A DNA stretch of 64,000 bases from the human T2T-CHM13v2.0 reference genome, Homo sapiens. The stretch is from assembly GCF_009914755.1 (NCBI RefSeq), contig NC_060931.1, one strand, 5' to 3'. Shown piece by piece: positions 41,901 to 56,610 of this stretch (position 1 is the first letter of the stretch; every line of letters starts with the position of its first letter). The translations under genes and the position numbers were made by a program. Under the pieces are notes generated by a model. It was not told the DNA's origin. It searched no databases and saw only the letters and a program-made list of their open reading frames with translations.

Positions 41901-43129
41901 TGGTTGTGTGTTTTCGTGCACTGATGGGAAATTAAAGCTGACAAGCATGGAGGCAGGGACCCCAAGAGCTGAGGGAAGCTGGTCAGCTGGTCTCCCAGGT
42001 CAGATCTCATCTTCAGGAAGGCATCCATCCTCAGTGAGATGTGACCCCAGATGATCCCCCAGCCTCCTCCCAACCTCCAAATCACACCCGATTCCCAGGT
42101 TTCCTCGCATCACAGGGCCCTGCTGGTCCTGGGAAGTCTTCCCATGCTTGGCTGCCTGCTGAGTTCTTCTGGGACAAGGCAGAACTTATTGCACCTAATT
42201 TTTGGAGCTTTCTCAAGATCTGGTCTCTGAATTCCTCAAGCCCTCATGTCAGCCGTCTTAGGGCTCTCACCCCGCAGTGTATGGGATGTCCACCTCCTCC
42301 ATTGGACTGTGAGCCTGTGGAGGGCAGAGGCTGGTCTCACACATCCTGAGCCTCCAATAACAACAGAAAGAAGCTTCTGCTGGAGATTCCTTCCCAGAGC
42401 CCTGGACTCCCTGAGGTCTTATCTTGCCCCAGTCAATGACGTGGGCCTGAGGCCCATGGCTTTCCCTTTGAAGCTCTGGCCATCTTTCTACTTGCTCCAC
42501 AGCCAACATCAACTGCCCTCCTCCCCTACTCCCAGAGAAAGGGCCAGACGCAATAGCGTGCTGACCCCTGGGCTTCCTGGGTGCTCCAGGAGGGTACTCT
42601 CCTCATCTTAGCATTCAGGCCCTTCTTTTGGACAAAGAACTCCTCCAGGGGACAGGCAGAGCCTCTGGCCCTGAGGTGAATTGGCTGAATCTAGAGAAGG
42701 GCTGTGGGGCAGGGAAGGCCGGAAGAGCCCCCTTTGGTCATGGAGGAGTTCAGCTGTGCAGCAGTCGGCGTGGGGGAGAGGGGATTTCCCTCAAGAAAGC
42801 TTCTGGGGCTTTTTATTTTCCAATGTAAACATGCTTTTAGTACTATGAATGTGTGTTTGTGTTAATGCTCATTCAAGTGCCGCCCTATATACATAGTTCT
42901 GTCCTGTCCCACCAGCATTGACTAGGCCTGACCTTGTCATCCCAGGACCAGGAGCCAGGGTCAGAGACTTGAGAATGTAAGGCCACCACCCTGGAGGAGC
43001 TGCGGGTGAAATGGGCAACCGTCAGGCAAGACTGTCCACAGACAAGCTCTGTGCTGCCGACACAGACACCCAGGACCCAAAGGTACACAGGACCCATGGG
43101 ACCAAGTGCACCTCAGCTGAATCTTGAAA

Positions 43130-44056
<927 letters not shown>

Positions 44057-45950
44057 AGACAGGAGTTATTTGGGCAAAGAAAGGCAGCAGACAGTTTCAG
44101 GCAGAGGGGGCAGCGTGAATGCGGTACAGAGGCCTGGACACGGAATAGTGCTGAAGGAAGGCAAGGCCGTGTGGCTGGGCTGGAGGAGTGTCCTGGGGGC
44201 TGGGGAGTGCCAGACGCCTGGAGAGAAGGGGTCCACCATTCAGCCAAAGAGGTGCCCTCTGAGGGTTGGGGAAGGCAGCAGGAGCTGAGCCCCTGTCCTG
44301 ACCTTGAAGCTGCAGGGCTGTCATGAATGCATGGGCCCCCTGAGGAAGGGCGGAGAGGGGTGTGAGCACCAATTTCAGGTAGTGAAACTAAGGCCAAGGA
44401 AGCAGAGAGCCGTTTTCAAGGTCATAGGGAGTCACCCTCAAGCCACATTTCCTAAAGCCCATTATGCATAATGCAAAAAAGGAGAATGGGGCAAACGATT
44501 TGGGAAAAGCCACACACTCTTCCCTCTTTTGGAGATCCACAATGTGCCTTAGCATTTGAAATGCCCTGGGCAGAATAGAAGATGGTTTATTTAATCCAGC
44601 TTTCCACAAATATAGTTAAACTAAAAATGTTCCACCTCCCCTCTTCAACATTACCATTAATACGCATGTCACTGTAGGAAGGGAAACACTGTAGGAAATG
44701 GGGTCCTGGGGGAACACCGAGAGCTAGGGAGGGACCACAGCCAGCCTGTCCCTGGCTCTTCCCTGGCCTGGCCGTGTTCCTGACCTGATGCCCTCGGGTT
44801 GCTAATGTACCCAGCACTGCCGCTCCCTTCGTTCCCTGCAGTACCAGGCCCTGGATCATGGATGAAGGCACAGGCTCGGCTCACACGGTGACTTGGCCAC
44901 AGTTACGCCATCCCAGGGTGAAGCAGGGTGGCCCAGAACCTGCTCCAAGGTCATCACGCAAGCTGTCTCCTGACTTCTGGAAATTACCCTTGCCCTGAGA
45001 GTGGAACTGGCTTGGTGGGAGCCTCTATCTGCTGCTGGGGGATTTCAGTGCTGAGGCTGCAAGGGAGGGAGGGGGTGCCTAAGGCCTTTCTCCCTAGAGC
45101 AGGAAGCAGAGAGGCAGGACTATCTGCCTCCTCAGCTTGCATCTCTACTCAGCATTGAAATTCAGGACCTGATATTGGGCCTGGATAATTCAGAACAGAT
45201 TTGGGTCCTAAGCATCTGTGTGAACCGTATGAAAAGTACCAGCTTACCATTTCTATGTGCTTTCTCATTCAGGCCTGGATGAAAAGTAGCATTAGATTCA
45301 CTGTAAAATGCTTAGAGACTTGAATAAAAAGGAAGGAGGAACATTAGCATCTGCTGCGTTGGTATCATATAAGTGCTTTTGTCATTCTCACAAGGTGTTA
45401 TTGTGCCCACTTACAAATATGGGATCCTAAGGCTCAGACAGGAAAAGTAACGTCCACAAAACCATACAATGTTCACAGATCCTTGAAGCCAGGATAACAC
45501 AATTCACTATAACAAAATCAGTGCAATGCGCCAATATTGAAGTAATATGAGATCTTAATAACATATCTGTGTTTTTAAAATAGAGAAGAAGAAAAGGTAT
45601 CAGTTAAGTTAATAAATTATCTTTGTTTTCCAAATATTTCCCTACAACTGGATGCCTTTAGGTCATATTCATTTGTATGTTTGACAGTGTACAGACCTTT
45701 CTATGTAGAGCCAATCATTTGAAATCATGAAGAAGAATCCTCAAAATGGTTTCTCTTGGGTAGTAAACTCCCTTACAATACTGCATGTGAGAGGTTGCAG
45801 TGGGGAGGATAGAATAGTTTTGGGAAAGGGAAACATGATATAGAGATTTGACAATGCACTTCAAAGGCATGCGCCTGACTTTCAACAATGGAACAAGGAA
45901 AAGTGCTGAACAGGACTGATAGTTCAGAAGGAAAATCAGTAGGAGAAGTA

Positions 45951-46356
<406 letters not shown>

Positions 46357-47450
46357 TTAGCCAGGTATCAAACAGTTACACAGCACAAGATGTCACCTTC
46401 CTGGGTAAAGCAAGTCTCAGTGATGTCAAAAGAATCTCCTCCACAGACCCTGTTCTATACTGCACAAAATCCTTAGCCCAATCTTGGGATAAAATTAAAT
46501 CTTTCCTGTTCTTGACAATCTCCATGCTTTAAAAGCACATTTATAAATCTGCCAGTAACAACAAAGCCTTGCAGCATTAGCAGGCCCCAGAAGGCTTAAT
46601 GCTTAACCTAACAGCACACAGTAGGTGTGGAGTAAATGTTTGTGAAATAGTCATAATCCCTCACTTCATATCCCTGATGGCAGCTTTTCTGTTCGTTTAA
46701 ATATTCTTTAATATGAAGAACGGCTGCAGACCAGGGTATGAGGAATGTGCAACTTCTTTTCTTCCCTAGGATCTGAGAGGGCAGAAAGCTGCTGCACTGA
46801 AGCAGCCAGCCATCTCCAGCATTTCCAATGTCAACCAAAAAGGAAAGCCTTTCTCACTGCCAGGCCTTCCTTCAGAAGGGCTCCGGACCCAGGAGCTAAC
46901 TAGCTTTCCCACTGCACAGATGAACAGAGCATTCCCCACAGTGGACACCAGCACAGTCATGGAATGAGGATTTTTATGGGCCCGACACGTAGAGAAAAGG
47001 AATAGAGGAGTCGTTATCCCCACACCTTAGAGAGAAGAATGGGGCCAGGCCAACCCCTCACTGAGGTCCCCCAGCTGCTGGATACCACACCTCTCACCAG
47101 CCCCTAGTGCCCTGGGAGCAGCTCAGGCTCCTGATAATGTGAGCCGTAACTCATAAAGAGCAGGATGATGCTGAGCAACCAAAAAAGAAAACACTCTGTC
47201 ATCCTAAGGAGTACTTGGTCACTGATACACACGAGGTACACACAACCCCTGCAGGCTCTACTAAGTGTGTGAGAGAGTAAATGTAGTCATTGGAAAGGCA
47301 CACCTCCCAGATGCACCCAGCGATCCTACTTCCTGATTGTCTTCTCAGAGAAACCGAGCAACCATTTCACACCTGGAAGGAACATCATGACGCCAGAACC
47401 TGCAGCACAGTGTGTTTCTTTCTTTCCCCACATCAAGGGTCTACGTGGAA

Positions 47451-47659
47451 TAGTGCTTTTCCACAGAGTAGCTACTAGCCACACATGGCTATTTCAATTT
47501 ACATTATAATGAAATAGAATTGAAACTTCAGCCCTTCAGTTGTACTAGCCATATTCCAGGTGTTCTATCAGCAGATGTGACTGTACCCACCATATTGGAC
47601 AGCACAAATGTGGAAGCAGACGTTTCCATTGTTGTAGAAGGCTCTGTCGGGAAGTGCTG
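47451..47659. mobile_element. MER3-type MITE
   Basis: gtagctactagccacacatggctattt...ccatattggacagcac. Similar to 17501-17708. Confidence 0.75.
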
Positions 47660-47928
47660 ATGACATGCCAGTACCTGCCTTGCTCCCTGGAGCTCCCCAA
47701 GGTCTAGCACAGTGCCTGGCACAAGGTGAGGGGGGTGCCCAGAAAAGATTCAATTCCCTCTCCAAGTAAACCATTCATTCCCAGCTTCCCCAAAGAAGTC
47801 TTCCCTGGGGTACTAAATCCTGAAGGCTGCCTTCAGTATTCGAAGCATGCAGCAACTTTCACTTCTTCTTTTTCGACCTGGCCCTTCACTCTGCCTGAGA
47901 GGGAAATGTCACTTGCCTGAGGACATGT

Positions 47929-47967
47929 GCTTTTTCTCAAGCAGGCACACTGGTCCCTTTCAAGGTG
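47929..47967 (-). other. Candidate cryptic 23-RSS downstream of IKZF1
   Basis: Minus strand: heptamer CACCTTG (5/7, CAC intact), 23-nt spacer, nonamer AGAAAAAGC (7/9). Confidence 0.55.
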
Positions 47968-50009
47968 TGGGCTGACATGCTGGCTCTCTTCCCTGTATGC
48001 CGAGACATGCTTGGGATCTCCTAGCTCCACACTCTGTCTCTCATGAGTCTGAGCCCTTTGGGTTTCTGTGACTTCCAGTCCCCTCCTGCCAGTAGCAACC
48101 TACAAAACAGAAACCGAGACGTGCAATAGCAGGAGGGTGGGATTTCCAGCAAATAGGGAAGGACTCACTACGCCCTGCTGGTAGATTGTTGCAGGATCAT
48201 CCTCCTCTCAGGAGAAAAAGAGGAAAAAAAGGCAAATCACTTTCCTCTTGCTTCTGCTTCTCCTAAATAAACTGCTTGCCTAATTTCCTTTGCAGTTAGA
48301 GAAATGTTCCTTGTGAAAGCTGCTATTTCCACACATTCACACACTGTGCAGATTCCGGGGCTTCTGGAAGTCATTTGCTTTTCCAGGTTCCCTCTCTCTG
48401 TAGCTGATTCTGTCCTTGTACCTCCACTTGAAAAGCAACCCCAGGGCAAGTCAGCCTGGCTGAAGTCTTCAGATTCTTTTTTCAGTGGAGGGGTGCTGGC
48501 CTCCACTGGACTCTAGGCACAGGCAAGACACAGCTCTGGAAGGTTCCATCTGAAGGCTGGGGATGTCCCTGCATGGCCCCCATAACCACGCCAGCCAACA
48601 CAGCCACCTGAATGAGGCAGGCTTCTCTGGGTCCCTACTGCTAGATGCAGGATTTGAGAAAGTCTGACCACTCCTATACTCACGGACACTTAAATAAGGT
48701 CAAGTCCCTTTCCTAATTCCAAACTATGCTTGGATAGTTTGTGTATGTTGTGGTGCAGGTGGGGAATCTATATGGCCAATAATAGCCTCGCCTGCTTCTT
48801 CTATAAAAGCAGAGACTAAAAAATGCTCATTGTAAGAGGAGTAGGAAGGATTCGATGAGATAAGAGATGTGAAGAGAGCACTTGGTAAATGCCCAAGGTG
48901 ATCAATTCATTATCAGGCATGATTGTGAGAATAGTTTGCTCTGTGCTGAGGCCTTATGAATACCCTTGGGGGTAACAGAATTCTCAAAAACATGTCAGCT
49001 GAAAGAACGAGTCCTTACCTCTCTCCCACATCTCCACTATTTCATTGTGTCTGGTTGAAGCAAGAGAGAACAGTTCACTTAAAAGAGATCAAAAGCACTT
49101 TTCACATAGAGGCAAGCATCAGTAAAGCAATTCTGCTGGAAATCTCCCAAGTAATAAATACAGGCCAGAACATTTTTAAAGTTCAATTTATTTAGTATAA
49201 AAGTTTTTTTAAAAAGTACAATATATTGAAATAGGAAAATAGAAAGTGAAGAAACTCAAAATTTGAGCTTTTGGGCAAATGAATTGACTGAATATTTCCT
49301 AACATCTAAGTTGGAATTCCTTAAAAAGCTGTCAAAATTTAAGGTGGTTTTCATGGAGGGATGGCTAAGACCGCCTCCAAGGCCTTCAGGGAGCAGTGGG
49401 GAAACCTAAGAGATGCCCTCCACCTAGTGGTGAAGGAACGCAAGGCTGGCCAGAATGGATGTAGTTAACCAATGCCATTTCCAGGGAGGAGGCGCTGCAC
49501 CACTGGCCCCTGCAGGCCTAGCCCAGCTCCTCGTGGGGAGAGGGAGAAGCTGAGCCCAGGGCCAGCAGGGAACTTGCCCAGGTCACTTACCAAGTTAAGG
49601 GTAGACACAGGGGCTGCCACCCAGGTTGATTCTTTGCTTAGGGCTTGACTTCAAAATTATCCTTAAAATCAGCTATTGCACCTACTCACATCAATTCTTG
49701 CATAAACCCTGCTAACATGCAGGGCAGGGATATCTCCCACACCAGAGGGGCTGTACAGAGACCATCACTCTGTGGCCCAGAACCCTTCTGGCCTGGATGG
49801 ATGCTCCTGTCCTACTCTGGCATGTGGACCCTCCCTGTCTCAGTTGAGCTTCGCCCAGGCCTGAACAAGGGGTGTAAGAACCCTGCATGTGCTAAGAACC
49901 CAGCTCAGAATGCACTTTTTCTCCCCCGCTGGCCTCTTAACCGTGGCTGTCGCTGCTGTCTGCCACCTGCACGTGCCACAGCTTGAGAGGCCGTCCTGGA
50001 GAGGGTGGA

Positions 50010-50215
50010 GGAAAGAAAACAGCCCTGGAAGCCAAGAGACCTGGGCTCAAATTCCAGACCTGCAAATTGTGAGTCAGGTGGGCTTGGGCATGTTATTTAC
50101 TGTCTGCAAGCCCTCATGTTTGCCTATGAAGTTAGACGATAATAATCTCGGCTTTAAAAGGAGGCTGCGAATATGCAATGAGATGGCATAGGAATGACAT
50201 AAGGCCCAGCACATG
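50010..50215 (+). mobile_element. MIR
   Basis: gacctgggctcaaattccag...cttgggcatgttattta. Confidence 0.55.
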
Positions 50216-50564
50216 GACGTCTTGGAAAAAGGCAGCTCCCTTCCCTGGGCCCCTCAGCCTCCCATTCACTCCCACACCCTCAGTGCTACTTAGATCTTGT
50301 CATCTACTTATCAAAATTGACTCACTTAGAAGTGAGTTGGGCTCAGCTTTCAGACAGGGAGGTCCAGGAGCAGCACTGTGGCGAGGACACAACTGAGGGG
50401 AAGACAGGCATTCCTCACAGTCTCTAGACCGCACCCCTCTTCCACACGCTTTTCTTTTCCTGTTCTCTCTCCGTGAAACAAGGCATCTTCCACCAGAAGC
50501 CTTTACTTCTCTTGTGATGAATCACTTGTATCTTTGAATAGGCAACTAAATTCAAGCAAATCAT

Positions 50565-51032
50565 TCAGCACTGTTGATACCAGTTTTATTCGTGATAGCC
50601 AAAAACCAGAGACAACCCAAATATCGATCAACATGGATGGATAAAAACCATGACACATCAATGCAATGGGACACTACTCATCAGTGAAAAGGAATGAATA
50701 CTGATGCATAAAATGACATGAATGAACTTCAAAATAATTATGTTCCATTAAAGAAGCCAGACAAAAAAGATTCTTTATATAAAATACTAATAGATGAAAA
50801 CTATTGTCTAGGTCAAGAAAGCAGTTCAGTAGTTGCCTGGGTTGGGGGAAGAGCCATAGGTGGGAGAAGAGAATTTCCAAAGGACACAAAGGAATTTGGG
50901 GGTTATGCATGTGGATTTTATTTTCATTGTGGTGATGGTTTTATCTGTGTATATATTTGTTAAAATTTATCAAATTTAAACAGGTAGAGTTTATTGTGTC
51001 TCAATTATACCTCAACAAAGCTGCTTTAAAAA
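50565..51032 (+). mobile_element. L1ME/L1MD 3' end
   Basis: atagccaaaaacc...acaacccaaat...aaaaggaatgaa...gaagccagacaaaaaag...tcaattatacctcaacaaagctg. Confidence 0.85.
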
Positions 51033-51739
51033 TTTAGGTATCTGACTGGGATGAAATCATTTTGAAACTGCACTTGACTTGAGAGCTTTACGGAGAATGT
51101 TGCCAGATCCCCAGGAGGCCTTCAGAGCTGACTCTGCAAGGCCTGAACATCTCAGGAGAACCCTCAGAAGCTGGGGTACACAGCCATGAAGCCAGGGTAG
51201 GCAGCCAATCTGGACTCACAGATGTTGTGCCAGTCAGAGCACATCTGGGGTAGCCTTTTACTCTTAATTGTATTTAGTTAATGTTTGAATTATGGCTCAC
51301 TTCAGTTTAGAAATTCTTTGAGATTATTTTTGAATATGTAACAGTCCCCAATAGCAGGTGTGTAAGAAGTTACATTTTGGCTTTCTTCCTTTTTTATTTT
51401 AATGAATTATGTTAATTTTACCTCCAGGCCTTGTCATATTAAGATAGCAGAAAATCAACCTCAGCAATCCCAGGCCCCCCCACTAAGGCTGCCAAGCTCT
51501 CAGGGCCTCACACAGGGCTGGGATCCAAGAGTCCCCTGCACCAGCTGCCATCTGTCCACTGATGATGACCTCTCCTTGGTCCTTCTGGCCTTGCTGGCTC
51601 TTTTGCTCGGGGCCATGCTGAGCTGAGGAACCCTTGGTGAGGTAAAATCGGTTCTTCCTGTTGTATTGTGGCCCCAGCTCTGAAGCCCTGTCATTCGTTG
51701 CCTTAGGGCACTGCCAAAAAGCTACGACAGTGGATCAGT

Positions 51740-51846
51740 CCCCCTCTCCCCTGCCCCTTACCCTTCTCTCTTCCTCCTCTCTCCCTCCATCTCTCTCCTC
51801 TCCGTCTTTCCCCCACCCCCTTTCTTTCTCTCTCTCTCCTTCCTCC
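51740..51846. repeat. Polypyrimidine (CT-rich) tract
   Basis: About 105 nt almost entirely C/T. Confidence 0.8.
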
Positions 51847-52339
51847 AATCCAAGGAAGCATTGCTTTTGTCTGAAGGGAATCCCCTGTCCTCTCCATATT
51901 TTCTTCAGGCACCCCTTTTTCTCACATCTTATTGTCTTTATTAGATTTAAGAAGCCTGTCTTAAATATCCTCCCAGAAAAGAAACTACAGACTTAGCTAT
52001 CTGTTATGGGAAGGGAAAGAAGAAAAGAAAATGGGAAAAATAAGTGAACACCTCAAAAACTATCTTTCCCCATATGTAAGAAAATATAATTTTAAAAAAT
52101 CATTACCAGAGCTAATATAAAGTAGAACAAATGGTTAAAATGAGGCAAACACACACACATACACACGTTATATGTGTGTATGTATCTATATCTATAACTC
52201 ATCTCCTGATTTAGGGTTCTAAGCTACGTTACTACTTCCATGGCTTTCCTTTTAGGAGAATACAATGTACACTGCACTTTACTCTGAGAGAAATGTCTTC
52301 CTTCATGGGACTTCAAATAAGAGACCTTGCATATTTGTA

Positions 52340-52503
52340 ATGCTTTAATTCCCAACCTTGCCTGCATGATAGGATTGAGTGGTAAGCATTTGCAATACAA
52401 AAGCTCAGGACCCAGGCTGAACCAATGACATCAGGTGTCTCGGGGAGCTTAAGGGTCTGTTGCTTCCAAGCTGCCCAGGTGCAGCCAGGGCTGGGAACCA
52501 CTG
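52340..52503. mobile_element. MER5-family fragment
   Basis: End segment caggtgcagccagggctgggaaccactg. Confidence 0.5.
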
Positions 52504-54261
52504 ACATAGGTGGTTGATGTCCTCAGCCGTCCCCCTCCCCAAGCACTGCCTAATGGGGTTCTCCAGGCTTTTACTTGTTAGACAACTCAAGGTAGCCTGA
52601 AGACCTGATGTCAAAAAGTAACACAGAGGTCAATCCTGGCCCAGACATTTGGCTCTCAGGTGATCCGCCTAGATCCAGAGATAAACCAGGAAGCCAGCCT
52701 ATGGAACAGTCATCCTCCCACACGACCAAGCACTGCCGAGACTGTGGTGCTCGGTGAAGGGAGAGCAGGCTCTGGGAGCCGCATCACTTCCACAGGCAGT
52801 CTGCCACCCTCCCTGGACTATGACTTCCTTGCAGGCTCCAAGTCTCACTCATTTTTGTACCTCCACTGAAGCTGGTAGATGTGAAAAAAATATTTACTTA
52901 ATCAATGATTGTGACCAAGAGATGAGACTGATTCCATGTGAACACACAAGGAAGAACTGGAACAATGGATGAAAACTAGAGAAAAATTTTCCACAGTGAG
53001 AAATGGCTAAAAGATGCCTGGGAAGGTACTGAATCCTCTGTCATTGGAGATATTCAAGCCTCCTCATAATCACTGGAATTGGTAAGCATCCTGCAATTAG
53101 AAGATTCCAGCTCTCTTCTATTCTAGCATGAGTTTTCTTTTTGGAAACATGTGAACATCAAAGCATGCTGATGATCTTTGGTAATTCATGGACAAGCATG
53201 TTGCAGAATAGAATAGGCACTCGGCATTCACAAGCAATTTGGGCCAGGGGAGATTTACAGATCCCCAGCTTCACAAATACCACCACAAATACACCCTGCT
53301 GAGATCCTGAGTAATGAGGAGCAGAGATTAGAGAAGCTGATGGCATCTTTTATACTAGGCTCCCCTTTTAGGCTGAAAGACTGGCCAGCACACACAACAT
53401 GCCCATAAAATCCAGGCCTCAGCACAGCTAACAGCACTTCCTGTCCTGAAATTTGGGTCCTCACAAATGGCCAAAATCTCAAATGTTTATCCAAAAATGC
53501 AAGATTTCCTGTATACATTCACTTTAAAGCCAGGAACTGAGTCATATTGTGTGTATTTCATGTTAATTCTCAAGTCAAAACGCGATAGTAGTTCTTATTT
53601 CATGATACAAAGAACTTTGCTTCTGCTTCACTCTGTGAATATTATAGACAAAAATAAATAATGAACACCTAATGCAAGAAGTCTCAAAACCAAAGAGCTG
53701 AGGAAATATATTTGGCAAAGATTTTAGCTCTAAATTCAGGCTTGGGTTTTGAGCTTGAATCCATTGGCTGAATCACTGATATAATTATTAGGCAACCAAA
53801 CCTCTCATCTGTAAGATGGGGATAAAAATTGTTAAGAAAAATGATCCAAAACAGAAAAGAGAATGATTGGGTGTGTCCTTTTAATGTCATACTGGGACAC
53901 AGGCTAACAGACCCACCCAAGGACCCTTTAATTCTCTAGGACAATCTATTTGTGTTTAACCTGCATTGCCGTTGACTTGGCCCTAGATTCTGTGAAGTTG
54001 CTTATATGCATGTACATTTGTCCTGTAAAGATACAAATGATTTCTGCCCAGTAGTGAAGATAACCCCAAAAGTGACACTTTATTGACCTGAAGACATTCA
54101 CAGGCTTTGTTGCTAACTTAGCAAACCTGCTCCGGCATTCCCCTCCCAGCTACATGTACACACTCAGCCTCTCAAGTGCTCTTTTCCTCAACTTGACATC
54201 CTGCTGATCCCCTCATGAACTCATTAAATAATTTCTGATGATTCCTCACTATTTTTATGTG

Positions 54262-54650
54262 TTGTGGATTGCACAATGTCCCTGAAAATTCACATCCACC
54301 AGGATCCTCAGAACGTGACCTTATTTGGAAGTAGGGTCTTCGCAGAGGTTATTAAGGATATCACGAGGAAATCATTCTGGATTTAGGGTGGGCCCTCGAT
54401 CCAAAGACTGGTGTCCTTATAGGAAAAGGGAGTGACACAGACAGATACGGAGTCTCAGGGGAAGAAGGTCATGTGAAGACAGAGGCCAAGACTGGAATGG
54501 CGCTGTGGCAGGCGGAGGAGCACTGGGAACCACCAACAGGAGTGTGGCCTGTCGACAGCCTGAGGTTGGACTTCTGGCCTCCAGAGCTGTGGGGGAAGAG
54601 ATTTCTATTGTGCTGGTCATTTGTCACCACAGCCCTAGGACACTAGTCCA
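54262..54650 (+). mobile_element. MLT1 (MLT1C-like) solo LTR
   Basis: cctcagaacgtgaccttatttggaa.tagggtctt.gcaga...gactggtgtccttata...ggacttctggcctccagagctgtg...cagccctaggacact. Confidence 0.85.
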
Positions 54651-54689
54651 GTGTTTGTCAGAGTCAAGTTTCAACTCTGAAAATTAGAC

Positions 54690-54810
54690 TTTGCCATAAT
54701 AGTACCTGCTTCATAGGAGTGTTGTGCTGATCAAATCTTTTAATGCATATCAAGAGCTTAACACGTGCCTGCAACACAGTAAGCACCCGATAAGTATTAG
54801 CTATTATGAT
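54690..54810 (+). mobile_element. MIR 3' end
   Basis: ataatagtacctgcttcatagg...acacagtaagcacccgataagtattagctattat. Confidence 0.7.
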
Positions 54811-56052
54811 TAATGTAATAGATGACTAGTAGGGTTTCCGCTAGTGGAGACTGATGATGTGGGAGAGTGCCAGCGGTTTCTGTATTTTGTGTGGATGCTG
54901 AAATTTCTCAAGTCAACTTCTTCTTTTGCTTTGGGAGCAGTGGGGACAGCAGGTGCAGCTAGGGTAGCTGTATCCATCATCTTCAGCCCACCCCCAAAGT
55001 AAATAGTGCATAGCTTCAAGGCCAGTCATTCTGCAGCCTTCCCCATGGTTTTGCCTGGCTCCTGGAGTGGAAGATTCTCCTGAAAGGAGAAACTGTTCGG
55101 ACTGCAGTCACCCCAAGCAGGGAGGGAAGAACTTTTACTGTGGGGTGAAGGATTCTTTGGGGGCTTGAAGCAATTGGGTCTGAGCTCTAGGCAGGAGGAC
55201 GAGGCTGAAGGTCCTGTGTTGTAAGATGAGCAGCCTTCTGTAACACTGAGGCTGGGCGTCATCTGGCTGAGATGTCCCCAGAGGCCTCTGGGAGACTCCC
55301 TTCCAGTCTGTGGTCAGTTAACTTGAGGAACAGTATTATGTCCTATATCATTTTATGGTTTCCATTGAATGCAAAATAACTTATCTCTATGAACCATAGA
55401 ATTTCCACAAAGTCTGTTAAACTCCATAGCTTGGTGTTGACTGTGCTTTGGCATCTCATGAGAGGGTCCTGAGCCCACACACTTGAGGGAGAATTGGAAG
55501 CAGTGCCACCCTCTTGCCTTGCCCATGAAGCTCGAAGGGGAGAGTCTGTCCTTTTTGTGGGCAAATGCTGGCAGTACAGAGTCCCTGTGCTGAACCTGTC
55601 ATTCAAGCAGTCTTCCCTGTGGCATGTCATATCATGTATCGTATCAGATCATATTATTTTCGCTATACAAAAGGGCTTCTTGTGACGAGAACCACCCAGG
55701 GCTCATCGTGCCATGTTTTCCTAGTGGCAGCATTCCGAGTCCATCTTTCCTTCAAATAAGAAAAATGTTCACATAGCGAGTGGCCACGATTCCAGTTGCC
55801 AAAGGGTGGGATTGCCCAGAGTCCCCTAAGACTAATAAAGGAGGCATTAGAAATATCAGTGGGGAAAGGAAGATTATTCAAAAATTTTTGCTGAGATAAT
55901 TGGTGAGTTATCTGATAATATACATCTAAATATCATTCTGACATTTAATGATATTGAGAGAGCTCTGCTGCATTTCATATCTCACTTCATGTGCCTTGTT
56001 ATTTTTTCTTTTCTCTTAGCCCCTTTCAGATTCTTGCATCCTGCAAGTTGAT

Positions 56053-56245
56053 GCTGTCCAGGAAAATTATTTGTGGTAAAAGAAATGTTCTATATCTGTA
56101 CTGCCCAGTATGAAAGTCGCTAGCTACGTGTGCTCCTGAATGTGGCCAGTGCAACTGAGGGACAGATTTTTAATTTTATTTAATTTTAATAGATTTATGT
56201 TAAATAGCCATACGTGGATAGCGGCTGCTATGTTAGGCAGCACAG
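56053..56245. mobile_element. MER3-type MITE (opposite orientation to 17501)
   Basis: gctgtcca...aaatgttctatatctgtactgcccagtatg...aatgtggccagtgcaactgag...aaatagcca. Confidence 0.8.
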
Positions 56246-56544
56246 CCACAGCTGGATCTGAAAAAATTGTTATCACCCATCTTCTAAGTAGATTATTTCC
56301 TTAATGGTATCTAATTATTTTGCTTTGCCACAGTTACTGTTCATTGTGTTTTTGCCAGAGTTTGTGCTGGTGAGATTGAAAACATGCTTAATCTTAAGTG
56401 AAACATCTCTATAGGATTTTAAACTTGGAAATTATGGTTAAGCTTGTTTGCCTATCGTGAGAGATGTGAAGCAAAGAGAATCCGTAATTTAGCTGAAAGA
56501 ACTACAGTCATGCTCACATGAAGTCTGATGCTTAGAATGTCCAC

Positions 56545-56610
56545 GGACACATTATTGAAGTGGCATTTATTATCACTGGACACATTATTGAAGTGACATT
56601 TATTATCACT
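56545..56610 (+). repeat. 33-bp tandem duplication (2 copies, 1 mismatch)
   Basis: ggacacattattgaagtg(g/a)catttattatcact x2. Confidence 0.95.
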
